Source of the DNA: Antedon mediterranea
Lineage: Eukaryota > Animalia > Echinodermata
DNA length: 64,000 bases
Direction: 5' to 3'
NCBI RefSeq assembly: GCF_964355755.1
Contig: NC_092671.1
Location: 22,394,070 to 22,458,069, forward strand
Shown here in pieces: positions 1 through 18,373 of this stretch. The notes under the pieces are model-generated. The model was not told the origin of the DNA. It was given only the letters and a program-made list of their open reading frames with translations, and did no database searches. Within the stretch, counting starts at the first letter, position 1; the number at the start of each line of letters is the position of its first letter. Both the position numbers and the translations under genes were made by a program.

Positions 1-5290
<5,290 letters not shown>

Positions 5291-6300
5291 GATATATCCA
5301 AATAGGATAATAAGCTATTCTCCTACACTTTTATGTTTTGTGTAAAACCGTTTTGTCGAAATGTTAAAGGTCTAAAACGTTTCCAAATTCGATATTAAGG
5401 TATTTTGTGTACTTTGATATTTTTGAGTGATAAGTTAGATCGAAATGCTCAAAATGGTCTAAAACGGTTTCAAATGTGATTTTAAGCACTTTGATGTCTT
5501 TTTGTAACCAAGTTTCATCAAAATGCTTAAAATAGTCTAAAACGGTTCCAAATAAGATATTAAGCTATTTTGTGCCCTTTGATATTTTTGTGTGAAAACG
5601 TTTTGTCGAACTGCTCAAATGGTTTAAAACGTTTCCATATAATTATGATATTAAGCTATTTTGTGCACTTTTATATTTTTTCGTTAAAAGTTTGTGATCG
5701 AAATGCTCAAAATTTTCTAAAACTGTATAAAAAGTAATTTTAAACACTTTGATGCTTAATATGGTCTAAAAAGTCTCCAAGTGCGATTGGAAGGTTTTCT
5801 AAGCCCTTTGGTGTTTTTATGTTAACAAGTTTTTTTGAAATGCTTAATATGGTCTAAAACGTCTCCAAATTGGATAATAAGCTATTCTGTACACTTTGAT
5901 GTTTTGTGTGAAAAGGTTTTGTCAAAATGCTCAAAACGTTCCTAAACGTTTGCAAATGCGATTTGAAGCTTTTCTAAGCAAGTTTTTGGAACTGCTCAAT
6001 ATCTAAATCTAAAACAGTTTCAATTGTGATTTTAAGAACTTTGATATTTTGTGTGTATTTTTGTTTTATCGAAATGCTCAAAATGGTCTAAAACGGTTTC
6101 AAATGTGAATTTAAGCACTTTGATATTTTTGTGTAACCAAGTTTCATCGAAATGCACAAAATGGTCTACAACGTCTCCAAATGCGATTTGAAGATATTCT
6201 AAGCACTTTGGTGTTTTTATGTTAACAAGTTTTTTCGAAATGCTCAATATGGTCTAAAACGTTTCCAAGTACGATATTAAGCTATTTTGTGCACTTTGAT
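5291..6300. repeat. AT-rich satellite, ~87-89 bp monomer (segment 1)
   Basis: Recurring CGAAATGCTCAAAATGGTCTAAAACG...CACTTTGAT monomers, same family as 10.7-12.2 kb and 18.4-22 kb. Confidence 0.93.
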
Positions 6301-7196
6301 ATTTATTTATTTATTTTTTTATTTATTCAATTTCTGCCATATACATATATAAAGAAGACAAAACAATTATTAAAGGAGGCACGGAAAGACCAAACAGGTG
6401 CTAAACACCTATGCTAGTTGGTCAAGCCAGAACAGAGAAAAATAAATAAATTACGTTCTACAATAAAAACATCGACAAGAAAGCGACCAACTACACACAT
6501 TTTCAATATCAAAATTATTTTAAAAATAAATATTGAGATAATTAAGTGATTTGGTTTTAAAAGAACTAACAGAAATATTTAAGTTGCGGACTTCACTCCA
6601 AATTCTGGTAACACGTCGGATATATGATTGAAAAGAAGATTCCGTTCTGCAGCGACGAATATCAAAAAGAGTACCAACAAATGAAGAGCTACGAGTAACA
6701 CGTTGTGGATTACGAATATTAAATAAATTGTCAGTATAAATTATATTAGAATTGAAACTCTTAAAGAGAAAAACGATATCAGTAAAGTGACGCCTATAAC
6801 ATAATGGTAGTAAATTGCATGTTTGAAGTCTGCATTTGTAATCAGCTTCAAAATTATTTAAAATAAATTTAGTTGCTCTACGCTGAACTCCCTCAAGTTG
6901 TCTTATATAAGTTTTGTAATTGGGAGACCAGACAGTAGAGCAGTATTCAAGGTAACTACGAACAAAACTTAGATAAAGAGACCGTTTTACATGTGAATTA
7001 CAATGGAAACTAACAGGTTTAACCAGGCCTAACATACGATTTGCTTTGGAAATAATATAATTATAATGAGCCTTCCAAGATAAATGAGAATCAATTATGA
7101 TACCAAGATCATTCATTTCACTAACTCGTTCAAGAATATCGTTATTAATTATATAATCAAAAAGAACAGAATTTCGAGATCGGGTAATAGAAATAA
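6301..7196 (-). mobile_element. CR1/L2-group LINE, 3' part (RT C-terminus, 3'UTR, (AATA)n tail)
   Basis: ORF 6520..7116 DLGIIIDSHLSW..ANRMLG..RSYLEYCSTVWSP..LEGVQRRATKFIL; (TTTA)n tail at 6301-6327 on +. Confidence 0.9.
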
Positions 7197-10100
7197 TTAG
7201 GTGATCATTTAGAATAAAATGATCACCTATTGTTATTGTATAAAATCTTTATTATTGGTTATCCGCACTTGGCGGATAACCCCTTGTTATTGTCAGGATC
7301 TTTTTTTTTTTTTTTTTTTCTATGTTATTCTTCTTTCTTTCCCCGAATTTTGTTCGCAGCATATCTCTATCTTCTGGCCAACATAAGATTGTATAACTTT
7401 GTCATAAGGTTGACCTACAACTGTAGATGTGCAGCCAAGCTTTTCGGCGATTTCGGAGTTGCGCAGCGTAAGTTACGCGCGATTTTATGAATTTCAATGA
7501 TTGATCATAGATTAAAAACCAATAGTCATTTTGTATTGAAACTTGGTAAAAATTTAAGTCATATCATGCGCAAACTTTCTATGGATTAAAAATGGCATGC
7601 TGCATACAAAGTTACGCGCGCACGCGCGTTCAAAATTTCAAAATGCGCAAAATTCATTTCTAATCAACTTTCTACGCGTTTCATGTCATTTTGAGCATTT
7701 CAAAATTTCCCACGCGTGCGCAAATTTTGTACGCGCGCGTGCGCACGTAGCGCAAAAACATCTTTTTTTTGCTTGATTTTTGTTTTTTCAGCCTTTTCTA
7801 GTACATTTATCAATTTTCAATCAATTTCGACTTAAAATCACGTCACACGAGCACGTAGAATTGGATAATTTGCGCGCGTTTTTGATGAAAAACTTTAAAA
7901 ATTCGTCAAAATTAGACCTTTTTTAAACAGTCATAAATTCTAAACTACATGTTGAACTTTTTTTAAATTACATATTCTGGAAGTAGATGAGTTTTATTTC
8001 TCGAATCAGGCATTGATATGGCTAACCGGATATTGTGACGTCATCGTATGGCCACCCGAATATAAAATATAGGATTTTTTACTCTTTCGTTATTGCTCAT
8101 CACATTCAACAAAGCGCATCTCGCTTATACGTATTCCATTTCCCCCCGCAATTGTAATATTGTCTACGTCAATCAACTATCTTTCGCATGAATTAAAAAT
8201 ATTTTAATTTTTATGACGTCATCATGTCTAAAAACGTAAATAACTTGGGTCACTTATTTTCATCTTTACAGTAAATTTCAATCTGTTATAGCTCGTCAGA
8301 TTAAAAAGTGATAATCATTATTAAAACGTTTTCTGGAAGATATTGGATTGTAGATACGAATTGATGTGAATATTTTGCCAATCAGATGTTGTGACGTCAT
8401 CATATGGCCAGTTGAATTCAAAAAGTCATATTTTCATCTCTTGCGTAAAAGTTCATTGCGTTTAAACGAGAGCGCATCTAACTTTTACGTTCCCAAAATT
8501 CTTCACATTTGTTTTAATGTAATTATTTAGATAATTATCTTCTAAAATTGTTATTTTTATATGTCAATTTGATGACGTCATCGTGTTAATAATTGGATTT
8601 AAAAGATGGGTCTCGTAATTTCGTCTATGCTACACTGTATATAACATACAGTGTATTCTGTAAACACTGTAATATGCTGTATGCTACAAAATAGGTACAA
8701 TTCAGCACTGTAAACACGTTTATTTCATGTCATAGGATGGCATAATAATTGTCGAGGTTCATATAGTTTAAAGTATGTGCATGTTGCGTTTGCGCGGATA
8801 ACCCGAACTCGTCAAAGTGACGAGTTCAAATCTAGTTATTCTTCTTTCTGTACACTTTTTGTTCGTCAAATATCTCAAAAAGTTGAATAGCAATGATCAC
8901 AAAAATTTCACAATGTCTTTCAAATACTTTAACTTAGCCATAATAAGCTTTTCAGCGTGATCTCTCACCCGTGACGTCACGTATACGCCATTTTGTGAAA
9001 TCACATTATCAATCATATATCCATAATTCATTATCACATATTTATGAAATTCACTACACGTAAACTTCAGGTCAAGGGTAAAAATATTAGCAAGTAAAAA
9101 CGCGCGCGCACGTAGGGTCATGCGCGTGGAATCGCGCAGTAAAAATTTAAAAAGCTCAAAATTACGTTTTAATCAATTTAGAGCATGAATTAGGCCAATT
9201 GCGTGTTTCAAAAAATTACTGCGCAAAAAAAATATTTTGCGCACGCGATACTTACAAAGCGTAAAAATTGCAATTTTTTTATACAAATCGCGTTCTACTC
9301 ACCATCCTTAGTACATTCACCAAATTTGAGTCAGTTCCGACTTAAAATAACGCTATACGAGCAGGTTAAAAATAACAAAATGCGCAAATTAATTGCATCA
9401 AAGTGCTGAAAATGGTGAAAAATAAGGCCTTTTTAAAATGAATATAACTCTTCAGAATGGCAGGTGACCTCCAATTTTTTTTAACTTGTTCGGGAAGCCA
9501 TTGGGTTGTAGATACATATTCATGTACACATTAGACGTACAAAATGGTATGACGTCATCAAATGGCCACTTCAATTAAAAAATTAGTAATTTTTATCTTT
9601 TTGTGTGGGTTATCACATTCAATAGAGCGCATCTCCGTTATTTGAGCCCGATTTTCGCCGAAATTTTAGTATGTGCTTGCTCAATTAATTATCTTTCTCA
9701 AGAGTTGTCAACATTTTTATTCTGATGACGTCATCATGTGTAAAAACTTTAATAACCAAAGTCGTGTAATTTCAGCTACACCATACATTTGAATATGTTA
9801 TAACTCTTCAGAATTAAAGGTGACCTTGAAGATTATAATTTATTATGAAAGCTGAATAAATGTAGATATGAATTCATACAAAAATTAAGCCTATCGGATG
9901 TTGTGATGTTATCATATGGCCAGTTGAAGTTAAAACGTTGTTTTTAAATTTCTTTAGTCAAAGTTATACAAAATTCAAAGAGCGCGCATTGCGCTTCTAC
10001 GTGTCAAATTATCTTCCAATCCTTATATTTATTTGCTCAATTCATTATCTTTCGAAATTGTCATCTTCGAGTTTATTTTGATAATTCCATCATACCAAAA

Positions 10101-10359
10101 AATTTGAACATGATGTGGGTCCCGTAATTTCACCTATGCTACACTGTATATAGATATACAGTATATTCTGTACATACTGTACATATTGTATATGACACAT
10201 AATAGGCACAACTCAGCACTATAAGCGTATATCAGGATGGTATACATCAACATTTTCCTATTGTATGTTAACGTACGTGCATGTTTAAAAAATATTAATG
10301 TCAGTAAAGCAATAAAAATGATCACCTATAATTCGTCAAAGTGACGAATTAAATTCTAG
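7197..10359 (+). mobile_element. Non-autonomous Helentron/HINE (DINE-1-like) element, family A, interrupted by family B
   Basis: 5' palindromic subTIR AGGTGATCATTT..AAATGATCACCT (7199-7228); 3' AAATGATCACCTA (10316-10328), hairpin AATTCGTCA-AAG-TGACGAATT (10330-10350), CTAG end. Inserted in a T run with no TSD; removing it restores the LINE frame KCKIISITR. Confidence 0.8.
7253..8835 (+). mobile_element. Non-autonomous Helentron/HINE element, family B, nested in family A
   Basis: 5' GGTTATCCGC-ACTTG-GCGGATAACC (7257-7281), poly-T tract, two ~358-bp internal repeats, 3' GCGGATAACC (8794-8803), hairpin GAACTCGTCA-AAG-TGACGAGTTC, CTAG; second copy at 28044-29253. Confidence 0.85.
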
Positions 10360-10701
10360 TTTTACATTTAGAAGTATTAAAATTCAAATCCCATTTTTTA
10401 GACCAGGTGCTCAAAGTATCAATATCAATCTGAAGTGAATGGCAATCCTGGACACTGTGAATTTCTCTTTAACATTTGGCATCATCAGCATAAAGAGCAA
10501 TATTTTTGTCACAACTTAAATTATCAGGCAGATCATTAATATATAGGTTAAACATTAATTGACCCTAGAATCGATCCCTGTGGGACACCTGATGATACTG
10601 GGAACCACTCTGAAGACTGACCTTCAATTACAACTTTCTGTGCTCGGTTTGTTATATAATTACGAAACCAGGTAAGTGAGTAACCAGATATACAATAAGA
10701 C
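10360..10701 (-). mobile_element. CR1/L2-group LINE RT core (5'-truncated continuation of 6301-7196)
   Basis: Minus-strand translation gives RAQKVVIEGQSSEW..SGVPQGSILG..LYINDLP..LYADDAKC..LQIDID..WDLNFNTSKCK. Confidence 0.9.
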
Positions 10702-12183
10702 TGTTTTGTGCGAAAAGTTTTGTCGAAATGCTCAAAATGGTCTCTAAAACGTCTCCAAATGTGTACACTTTGATGTTGTTTGGGAAAAGGTTTTGTCACA
10801 ATGGTCTAAAACGTTTACAAATACGATATTAAGCTATTTTATGTACTTTGTTATTTTTTAGTGTAAAGTTAGATCGAAATGCTCAAAATGGTCTAAAACG
10901 TTTCCAAGTGCCATTTGAAGCTATTCTAAGCACTTTGGTGTTTTTATGTTAACAAGTTTTTTCGAACTGCTCAATGTGGTCTAAAACGTTCACCCAATGG
11001 GATAATAAGGTAATCTGTACACTTTGATGTTTTGTGTAAAAACGTTTTGTCGAAATGCTCAAAATGGTCTGTAAAACGTTTCCAAATGCGATTGGAACCT
11101 TTTCAAAGCACTTTGGTGTGTTTATGTTAACAATCTTTTTCGAAATGCTCAATATGGTCTAAAACGTTTCCAAATACGATATTAAGCTATTTTGTGCACT
11201 TTGATATTTTTGTGTTAACAAGTTTTTTCGAACTGCTCAATATGGTCTAAAACGTTCACCAAATGGGATAATAAGGTAATCTGTACACTTTGATGTTTTG
11301 TGTAAAAACGTTTTGTCGAAATGCTCAAAATGGTCTGTAAAACGTTTCCAAATGCGATTGGAACCTTTTCAAAGCACTTTGGTGTTTTTATGTTAACAAT
11401 CTTTTTCGAAATGCTCAATATGGTCTAAAACGTTTCCAAATACGATATTAAGCTATTTTGTGCACTTTGATATTTTTGTGTGAAAAGTTTTGTCGAAATG
11501 CTCAAAATGGTCTCTAAAACGTTTCCAAGTGCGATTTGAAGCTATTCTAAGGACTTTGGTGTTTTTATGTTGACAAGTTTTTTCGAAATGCTCAATATGG
11601 TCTCAAACGTCTCCAAATGGGATAATAAAGTAATCTGTACACTTTGATGTTGTTTGGGAAAAAGTTTTGTCAAAATGGTCTAAAACGTTTCCAAATACGA
11701 TATTAAGCTATTTTATGTACTTTGATATATTTGATTGTAAAGTTAGACCGAAATGCTCAAAATGGTCTAAAACGTCTCCAAGTGCCATTTGAAGCTATTC
11801 TAAGCACTTTGGTGTTTTTATGTTAACAATTTTTTTTTCGAAATGCTCAATATGGTCTATAACGTCTCCAAATTGGATAATAAGCTATTCTGTACACTTT
11901 GATGTTTTGTGTGAAAGGTTTGGTCGAAATGCTCAAAATGTTCTAAAACGTTTCCAAATACGATATTAAACTATTTTGTGCACTTTGATTTTTTTTTGTG
12001 AAAAAGTTTTTCGAAATGTGCAAAATGGTCTAAAAGTTTCCAAATACGATATTAAACTACTTTGTGCTCATTCATTTTTTTCTGTGAAAAATGTTATCGA
12101 AATGCTTATAATAGTCTAAAACGGTTTCAAATGTGATTTGAAGCACTTTGATATTTTTGTGTAACCAAGTTTAATCATCGAAA
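10702..12183. repeat. ~88-bp satellite (segment 2) with 266-bp trimer duplication
   Basis: CGAAATG motif at 11407 and 11494 (87 bp apart); near-identical spurious ORFs at 10949 and 11215 are 266 bp apart. Confidence 0.93.
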
Positions 12184-13286
12184 TAGTCAGGTAGCTTAGC
12201 AATTTTAACGTTACCGGCCGGACAAAAGTACCAAAATTGGCTGTAAAACTCGTAAATCAACAAATGGGGTGTCAATTTAAGGGTTTCTGGGGTCAATGAA
12301 ACAGATGCTGGTTATGCCATATTGCTCAGACCACCTATTTCCAAGATGGCGGCCAAATTTCAAAATGGCCGCCAAAAAAGGGAAATGTTGTGTGTGTCAC
12401 TGTAAAAATCGGAAATGAACAAATGAGGTATTAATTCAGGGGTTTCTGGGGTCAACCGAAACAGATGCTGGTCAAGCCATTTTGCTAAGGTCACCCATTT
12501 CCAAAATGGCGGCCAAATTTCAAAATGGCTGCCAAAAAAAACTCCAAAAATTTGTGTAGGCATATGTGGGTTAAAAATCAGAAATTAACAAAAATAATAT
12601 ATGAAAAAGGTTTACTTGGCTCGACTTGTTTATGGTTATTGGACTTCTATAATAGCTACATAACAGTTTACAGTTATAGTACAGTTGATTTACCCTATTT
12701 GGATGAACATGTGCACCGGCAAAGAGATGTGCAAGGCAGATTTGCCTTGCTTGCTGCATTTGCAGACTGTACAGGCCCTTTTGCAGCCACATTTCACAAA
12801 TTCTCTGCAAGCTTTAGATGCCTCTGGAATGGTAGACCAGACAGGTTCCCATGAGTTCCCAACTTTCACCCATGCATAGTCGGTTGGACACGGATTTGTT
12901 TGTTTAGATAACATGCATGTTGTCCAGATGCCAGCTTGGTATACGGCCCTCCTAGTGTGCTGGAGTAGTGCATTTGAGTAGGTGGTATCTTGTCAACAGC
13001 TTGCTGTTTCTGGCTGAACAGTTCCATCCAAGCACTGTTAACATTCATGGCGTTACTTGTTTTGTCATAAACTACGACAACTAGTCTCTCGATTTTTTGA
13101 AATGATTCAGAATGTAAGTGAAGATGCTCAAACGGATGTGCGGCCAGATAAAGAAAGGCATCCGTAACTCTAAACGCTGAGGTAGTATAACATCCTGACA
13201 GGGAGTGGAAAATCTGCAGGGAACGTGATTTGCGTTCACCGAGATGTACACAAATGGCGTTGATACTGTAATGAGTGTAGTTCTTT

Positions 13287-15670
13287 TTTTTTCTCTTTTA
13301 TGGCGCAAACACCACTTTTATTCACATTCATATTATCTCATATTACATAAAATCGTATTATTTAACTTGTAAATGTCGTTACAGTTCATAAGTAACATTT
13401 TTACATATATGAATTCTGTTTTACTCCTTTTTTCATTAATTTTCTTATATTTCGTTATACACTTGACAGGATCATCATTATCATCTATCTCGTTTTTAAA
13501 TAGTTCACACATTTTCATTTGTTTGTTTTCATTTTACAACCCGGATTATACAATATATTTATATACATGATAAAAAAAAAACAATAATAGCTCAGTACCA
13601 CCAGTCACCCGTATCACTGTAATTCCTTTTCGGTTAATCGTATCAAATTAGAATTTATATTATCATAATCTTATTTCTTAAAGCTACCCATTTTTCTATA
13701 CTTGTTTCTTTATTGTTATATGTTTCACATTCAATGTTATATAACATATTGCTTTTAAATGAATTCCATAAAGATTTACCCACTGGCTTATTTAGTGCAG
13801 ATAACATTTTTATTCTATAAATATTAAATGCTGCAAAAGTGTAAATATAATCTATTAGCTTATCTCCCGTTCCTAGTATTAATTGTTTAAATGATATATT
13901 ATTGTGATTTAAACTTACAAAGATACTAAGCATTTTCCTCCAATATTTCTGAATAAATCTACTGGTGAAAACATTCGGTTAATAGAAGACCTGCTGTATT
14001 ATACAGAGTGTAATGATATCGAAGGGGCAATAATTACCGTAGATTTTAAGAAGGCTTTTGACTCTATTAGTAGAGATTTTATGTTCAATGTTCTAGAAAA
14101 GTTTAACTTTGGAATGTTCTTTTGTAACTGGGTAAAAGTATTATACAATAACGTTGAATGTGTCACAGTTAGCAATGGCTGGGTTTCAAACAATTTTAAA
14201 ATGGAAAGAGGTATTAGACAAGGTTGTCCTCTATCTGCTCTGTTATTCATTTTAGTGGTTGAAGTAATGGCATCTAGAATAAGAAACAAAGATGACTATA
14301 AGGGTATTAAACTTCCAAATAATGAAAATAACATAGAAGCTAGAATAAGCCAATTAGCCGATGATACTGTTTTGTATGTTGGTAATGACAAAAGTATTAA
14401 GTCAGCAGTCAGTGTAATTGAACGTTTTTGTGAAGTATCTGGAATGACACTAAATAAAAAAAAAACCAATGCTTTTTGGATTGGTAAATGGAAGAACAGA
14501 ATAGATAGACCTTTAGAATTAAATTGGGTAAAACACCCGATCAAAATTTTAGGCATATATGTAGGGTATAATACAGAAGAATGTACCAGAAAAAACTGGG
14601 ATGTTAAATTAATAGAGCTAGAAAAGACTTTAAAACAATGGAATGCTAGAAATCTCTCAATTTTTGGTAGAATAATAATCCTAAAAAGTCTTGCACTATC
14701 TAAATTAACATATGCTGCAAATATCACTGATGTTCCAAAATATGTATATACACAAGTTACAAATCTAATATATAATTTTATTTGGAACAATAAAAGGGAA
14801 AAGATAAAAAGAAAAACTCTAATTGATGATGTTGAGATGGGAGGCATTAAAATGCCTGATTTTACTCTTCATGTTAACGCACTCATGTGTGGCTGGTTAA
14901 AAAGAATTATGAATGATGATGGTGCTAAATGGAAAAATATTCCAATGTATTATATTTTAAAAATATGTGATGTTAATGTTTTACTTAATATGTCATGTTA
15001 TAACATTATTGATGTTAATTCTGATAAAATTCCCCTGTTTTACAAAAATATGATAAAAGCCTACATAAATTATAACAGAATCTCAAAAAAAAAAACCTGA
15101 AACTTATAACGATATAATGAATGAGCAACTGTGGGGAAACCACTACGTTAAACTAAAAAAAAAACGCTTTTCTACAAGCATTGGATTGACAGTGGCATTA
15201 TCAGTATTAAAGACATTGTTAATAAGAACACTTTTTTAACATCGAACGAAATACTGGTGAAACTACAATGTAAAACAAACTGGTTAAATGAGTATTTTTG
15301 CATTATTAAGGCAATACCAATTCAATGGAAACGTATTATTAAGGAGGTAGATATTTTCAATTGTGATGATAATGATGAAGTAGTTGGGACTAAGTATGAG
15401 ATTAATACTACCAAACTAATATACTCATGGTTTGTGAAAGAATATTTCATTATTCCAATGTCACAACTAAAATGGGAAGAGTACTTCAATGATAACAACA
15501 TTGATTGGAAAACTTCTTGGTTACGGAAAGTATGTAAAATGAAAGATAAGAAACTAGCACAATTCAATTATAAGATGTTACATAGAATACTGCCTACCAA
15601 CAAACGGCTGTATCAGTGGAAAGTTAAGGAAACACAAACGTGTGACAAATGTGGAGAAATTGAAAATGAA
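13287..15670. mobile_element. L1/Tx1-clade LINE insertion with 5' inversion (RT on +, 3' end and poly-A on -)
   Basis: 17-bp TSD AATGAGTGTAGTTCTTT at 13270-13286 and 15671-15687; poly-T next to left TSD; + strand GENIR..DFKKAFDS..RGIRQGCPLS..LADD..CDKCGEIEN; - strand RFIQKYW..ORF2 C-terminus (13655..13933). Confidence 0.9.
13960..15670 (+). pseudogene. L1/Tx1 ORF2 reverse transcriptase to zf-RVT region, frameshifted at poly-A runs (~15090, ~15160)
   Basis: ORFs 14081..15100 and 15257..~15670 carry RT motifs and KLAQFNYKMLHRILPTNKRL. Confidence 0.88.
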
Positions 15671-18373
15671 AATGAGTGTAGTTCTTTCCAGTTCCAAATG
15701 CTATCCAGAGATCAAGATCAGCATTTATATGAGAGAGGTCATGAAACACACTGATAAGAACAACGACAACATCTGTATCCACAGTTCGCACCTGGATGGA
15801 TTTTGCTCCATTTTCCAACGCGTGCTTCACGTGAAACACAATCCTAGTGTCTGCTTCCTCTTGATTACAGCTGGACATTTTGAACTGCATTCCAACATAT
15901 GTAACATGCTCTCCAGCTGTGATATATACCGAACACTCAGGAGGGATCTGCAATCCGCAACTTTTGATGAAAGGAATTCAAAAAGTTCTTTCTTGTTGAT
16001 TGGATCACGGAGGAAGTCATTCCAGTTGCCCGGCAGCTTGGTATCACCTGATACTTTTCTATGCACACCTTTGCCTCGTTTCTCCCTGGTTCCCTCCTTA
16101 AGGCTATCTGGTCGGTATTCGTCCCTCACAAACTCCACTCGCTTTGTGTCACGTAGCTGACGTTTAAGATAGGGTATAAACACGTTGTCAGCATATTCTT
16201 GGAATGTTGAGACATTTATTACAGGTAATGCATGTACTGTCACCGCACCATCCAGAACTTTGCAGTCATAAAATACAGGTGCCTCTGTGTGGTTTGATTC
16301 GATACATTGTAACAGATGACATTTGGTACCAGACAGATTAAGCTTTCCAAACTCAGACAGGGATGGAGGATACGACTGTACTTCGTGTGCAAAGAATTCA
16401 CTGATGTCACCATCTCTATTTTGTAAGGAAATGTATAACTGGCCGAAGAGTGCCACATTGTTCTCAAGCACCTTTACTTTCTTGCAATCCTTTGATTTGA
16501 CTTTGAGCTTTGTTGAGAGCAAGGGTAGTGAATTCTTTGAGATCGTATCATGTATGGAACGACTACGATCCACGAGCACGGTCTTCACAAAGAAGTATCA
16601 AGAGTATGTACATACTCTTGATACTTCTTTGTGCCTGTATCTTCTAGTGTACGGATTGTATCCACTACTGCCTCATTCGCGCAGTTACGACTATCAAGAG
16701 TTACCAACTCAGGGAAGTCATACAGGAAGGGATTTCCCATCTTGCGTATTGTGTTAGATAGACTATCAACCTGTCGCTGGAAGGTTTTCTGTGCTGCAAG
16801 TCCCTGTTAATGGTGTTCAAAGTTAGCTTGGTTTTCCGGATCATCGTCATGAATAATATATTCATTCTCATACTGTCTCAGAAGTCTGGCAAGCTCGGGT
16901 CCAGCAGTCATCCAGCGTCTGAAGGCAACTGGATTCTCTGTAAGTCCTACTACACCATCGGATGCTTTCACCACTTTATTCTCTTGCTCATGCGATTGGA
17001 ATCGCAGAGTATCTGTGTAACGACTTTGCGATTGTCCAGTGATTCCGAGTTTCAAACTCATATTATTTTGATCTCTTGTGGCAATGCCTTCATGTCTCTA
17101 ATGTGTACAGGCAGCCACCGAGAATAGTTCACATGATCTAACGCAAAGAACAATGGCATGAGTGCCTCTAATACAGAAACATACAATAGGAAGTCTCTTT
17201 CCCGATGGGCTCTAACAAATATGAGAATCAGAATCTCATAGTGTGCGTTCCAGAACTTGAATGTGGGAGATTTCTTACACATTTGTTCCAGCCAGTTGTT
17301 CAAACTCTCATCAATATTAGATCTCTGGTTGAATGCTTCATTCAGTAGCCGCTGAAGAACAAGAACAGTGACTTGATGGGCATGTCGAGTTCTGGTAATG
17401 TGTAATGAATCGGCTGTTCCAGATGAAGCAACGTCAGATTCAGTGAGAGCCGTTGTCCAACTTGACCCATCTAATAAATCACCAACACTGTTCCATAGCG
17501 CCTTCTCAGTGTGCAGTCCGCCCATCATAACTACGTAGACTTTCTCACCATAGAGATCTGGCCATTTTCATTGTACATACTTGGCGAGCGTGAACAGAGG
17601 CTGGTCAAACGTAATCACTGGGATTTGTCCTGGGTTGAGGTACTCTATTGTCTGCCGATGTACAAAATCAATACAATTAAATATTCCTTACCATTTCACC
17701 TGAGTGATCCTTCTTTCATTGTAGAATTGGCGGCCATTTTTAAATTTGACCGCCATCTTGGAAATGAGTGACCTGAGCAAAATGGCTTGACCAGTATCTG
17801 TTTCAGTAACCTCAGATACCTCTGAATTGACACCTTATTTGTTAATTTATGATTTTTACAACCTTATATACAATATTTTCTTTTTTGGCAGCCATTTTGA
17901 AATTTGGCCGCCATCTTGTAATTGGGTGACCTGAGCAAAATGGCTTGACCAGCATCTATTACAGTAACCTCAAAAACCCCTGAATTGACACCTCATTTGT
18001 TCATTTCTGATTTTTACAGTCTGATATATGACATTTGATTTTTTTGGTGGCCATTTTGAAATTTGGCCGCCATCTTGGAAATTGGTGGTCTGAGCAACAT
18101 GACATGACCAGATTCTGTTTCAGTGACACCCAGAAACTCTGACATTGACACCCCATTTGTTGATTTATGAGTCTTACAGCCAGATATATGGCATTTCCTT
18201 TTTTCTGGCGGCCATCTTGGATTTTGGCCGCCATCTTGGAAAATCGGACCCGATCAAGTGGGTTCCACGGATAAAATCAATAGATAGGTCGAAAGGAAAC
18301 TCCATGCCAATTTTGGTACTTTTGTCCGGCCGGTAACGTTAATTCTGAAAATTGTTGCTAAGCCACCTGACTA

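Larger units (their letters stand above)
12690..17645 (-). pseudogene. Academ transposase remnant (DDE-like region, XPG/PIN-like nuclease, C-terminal Cys-rich finger), frameshifted and split by L1 insertion
   Basis: NPGQIPVITFDQPL, MGGLHTEKAL, HVNYSRWLPVHIRDM, HEQENKVVK..GLTENP, EEADTRIVFH..RTVDTDVVV, IPPTQ, CREFVKCGCKRACTVCKCSK. Confidence 0.85.
12184..18373 (-). mobile_element. Academ (AcademX-type) DNA transposon, internally deleted
   Basis: TIRs TAGTCAGGT(A/G)GCTTAGCAA..TTAACGTTACCGGCCGGACAAAAGTACCAAAATTGGC at both ends; 3-bp TSD AAA (12181-83, 18374-76) in satellite CGAAATGC; ~160-bp subterminal tandem repeats at both ends. Confidence 0.88.

Noticed and set aside
13999-14847. Minus-strand ORFs 13999..14289 and 14296..14847
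   Set aside because: Antisense shadows of the L1 RT frame.
15642-17127. Plus-strand ORFs 15642..16160, 16323..16757, 16810..17127
   Set aside because: Antisense to the Academ transposase remnant.
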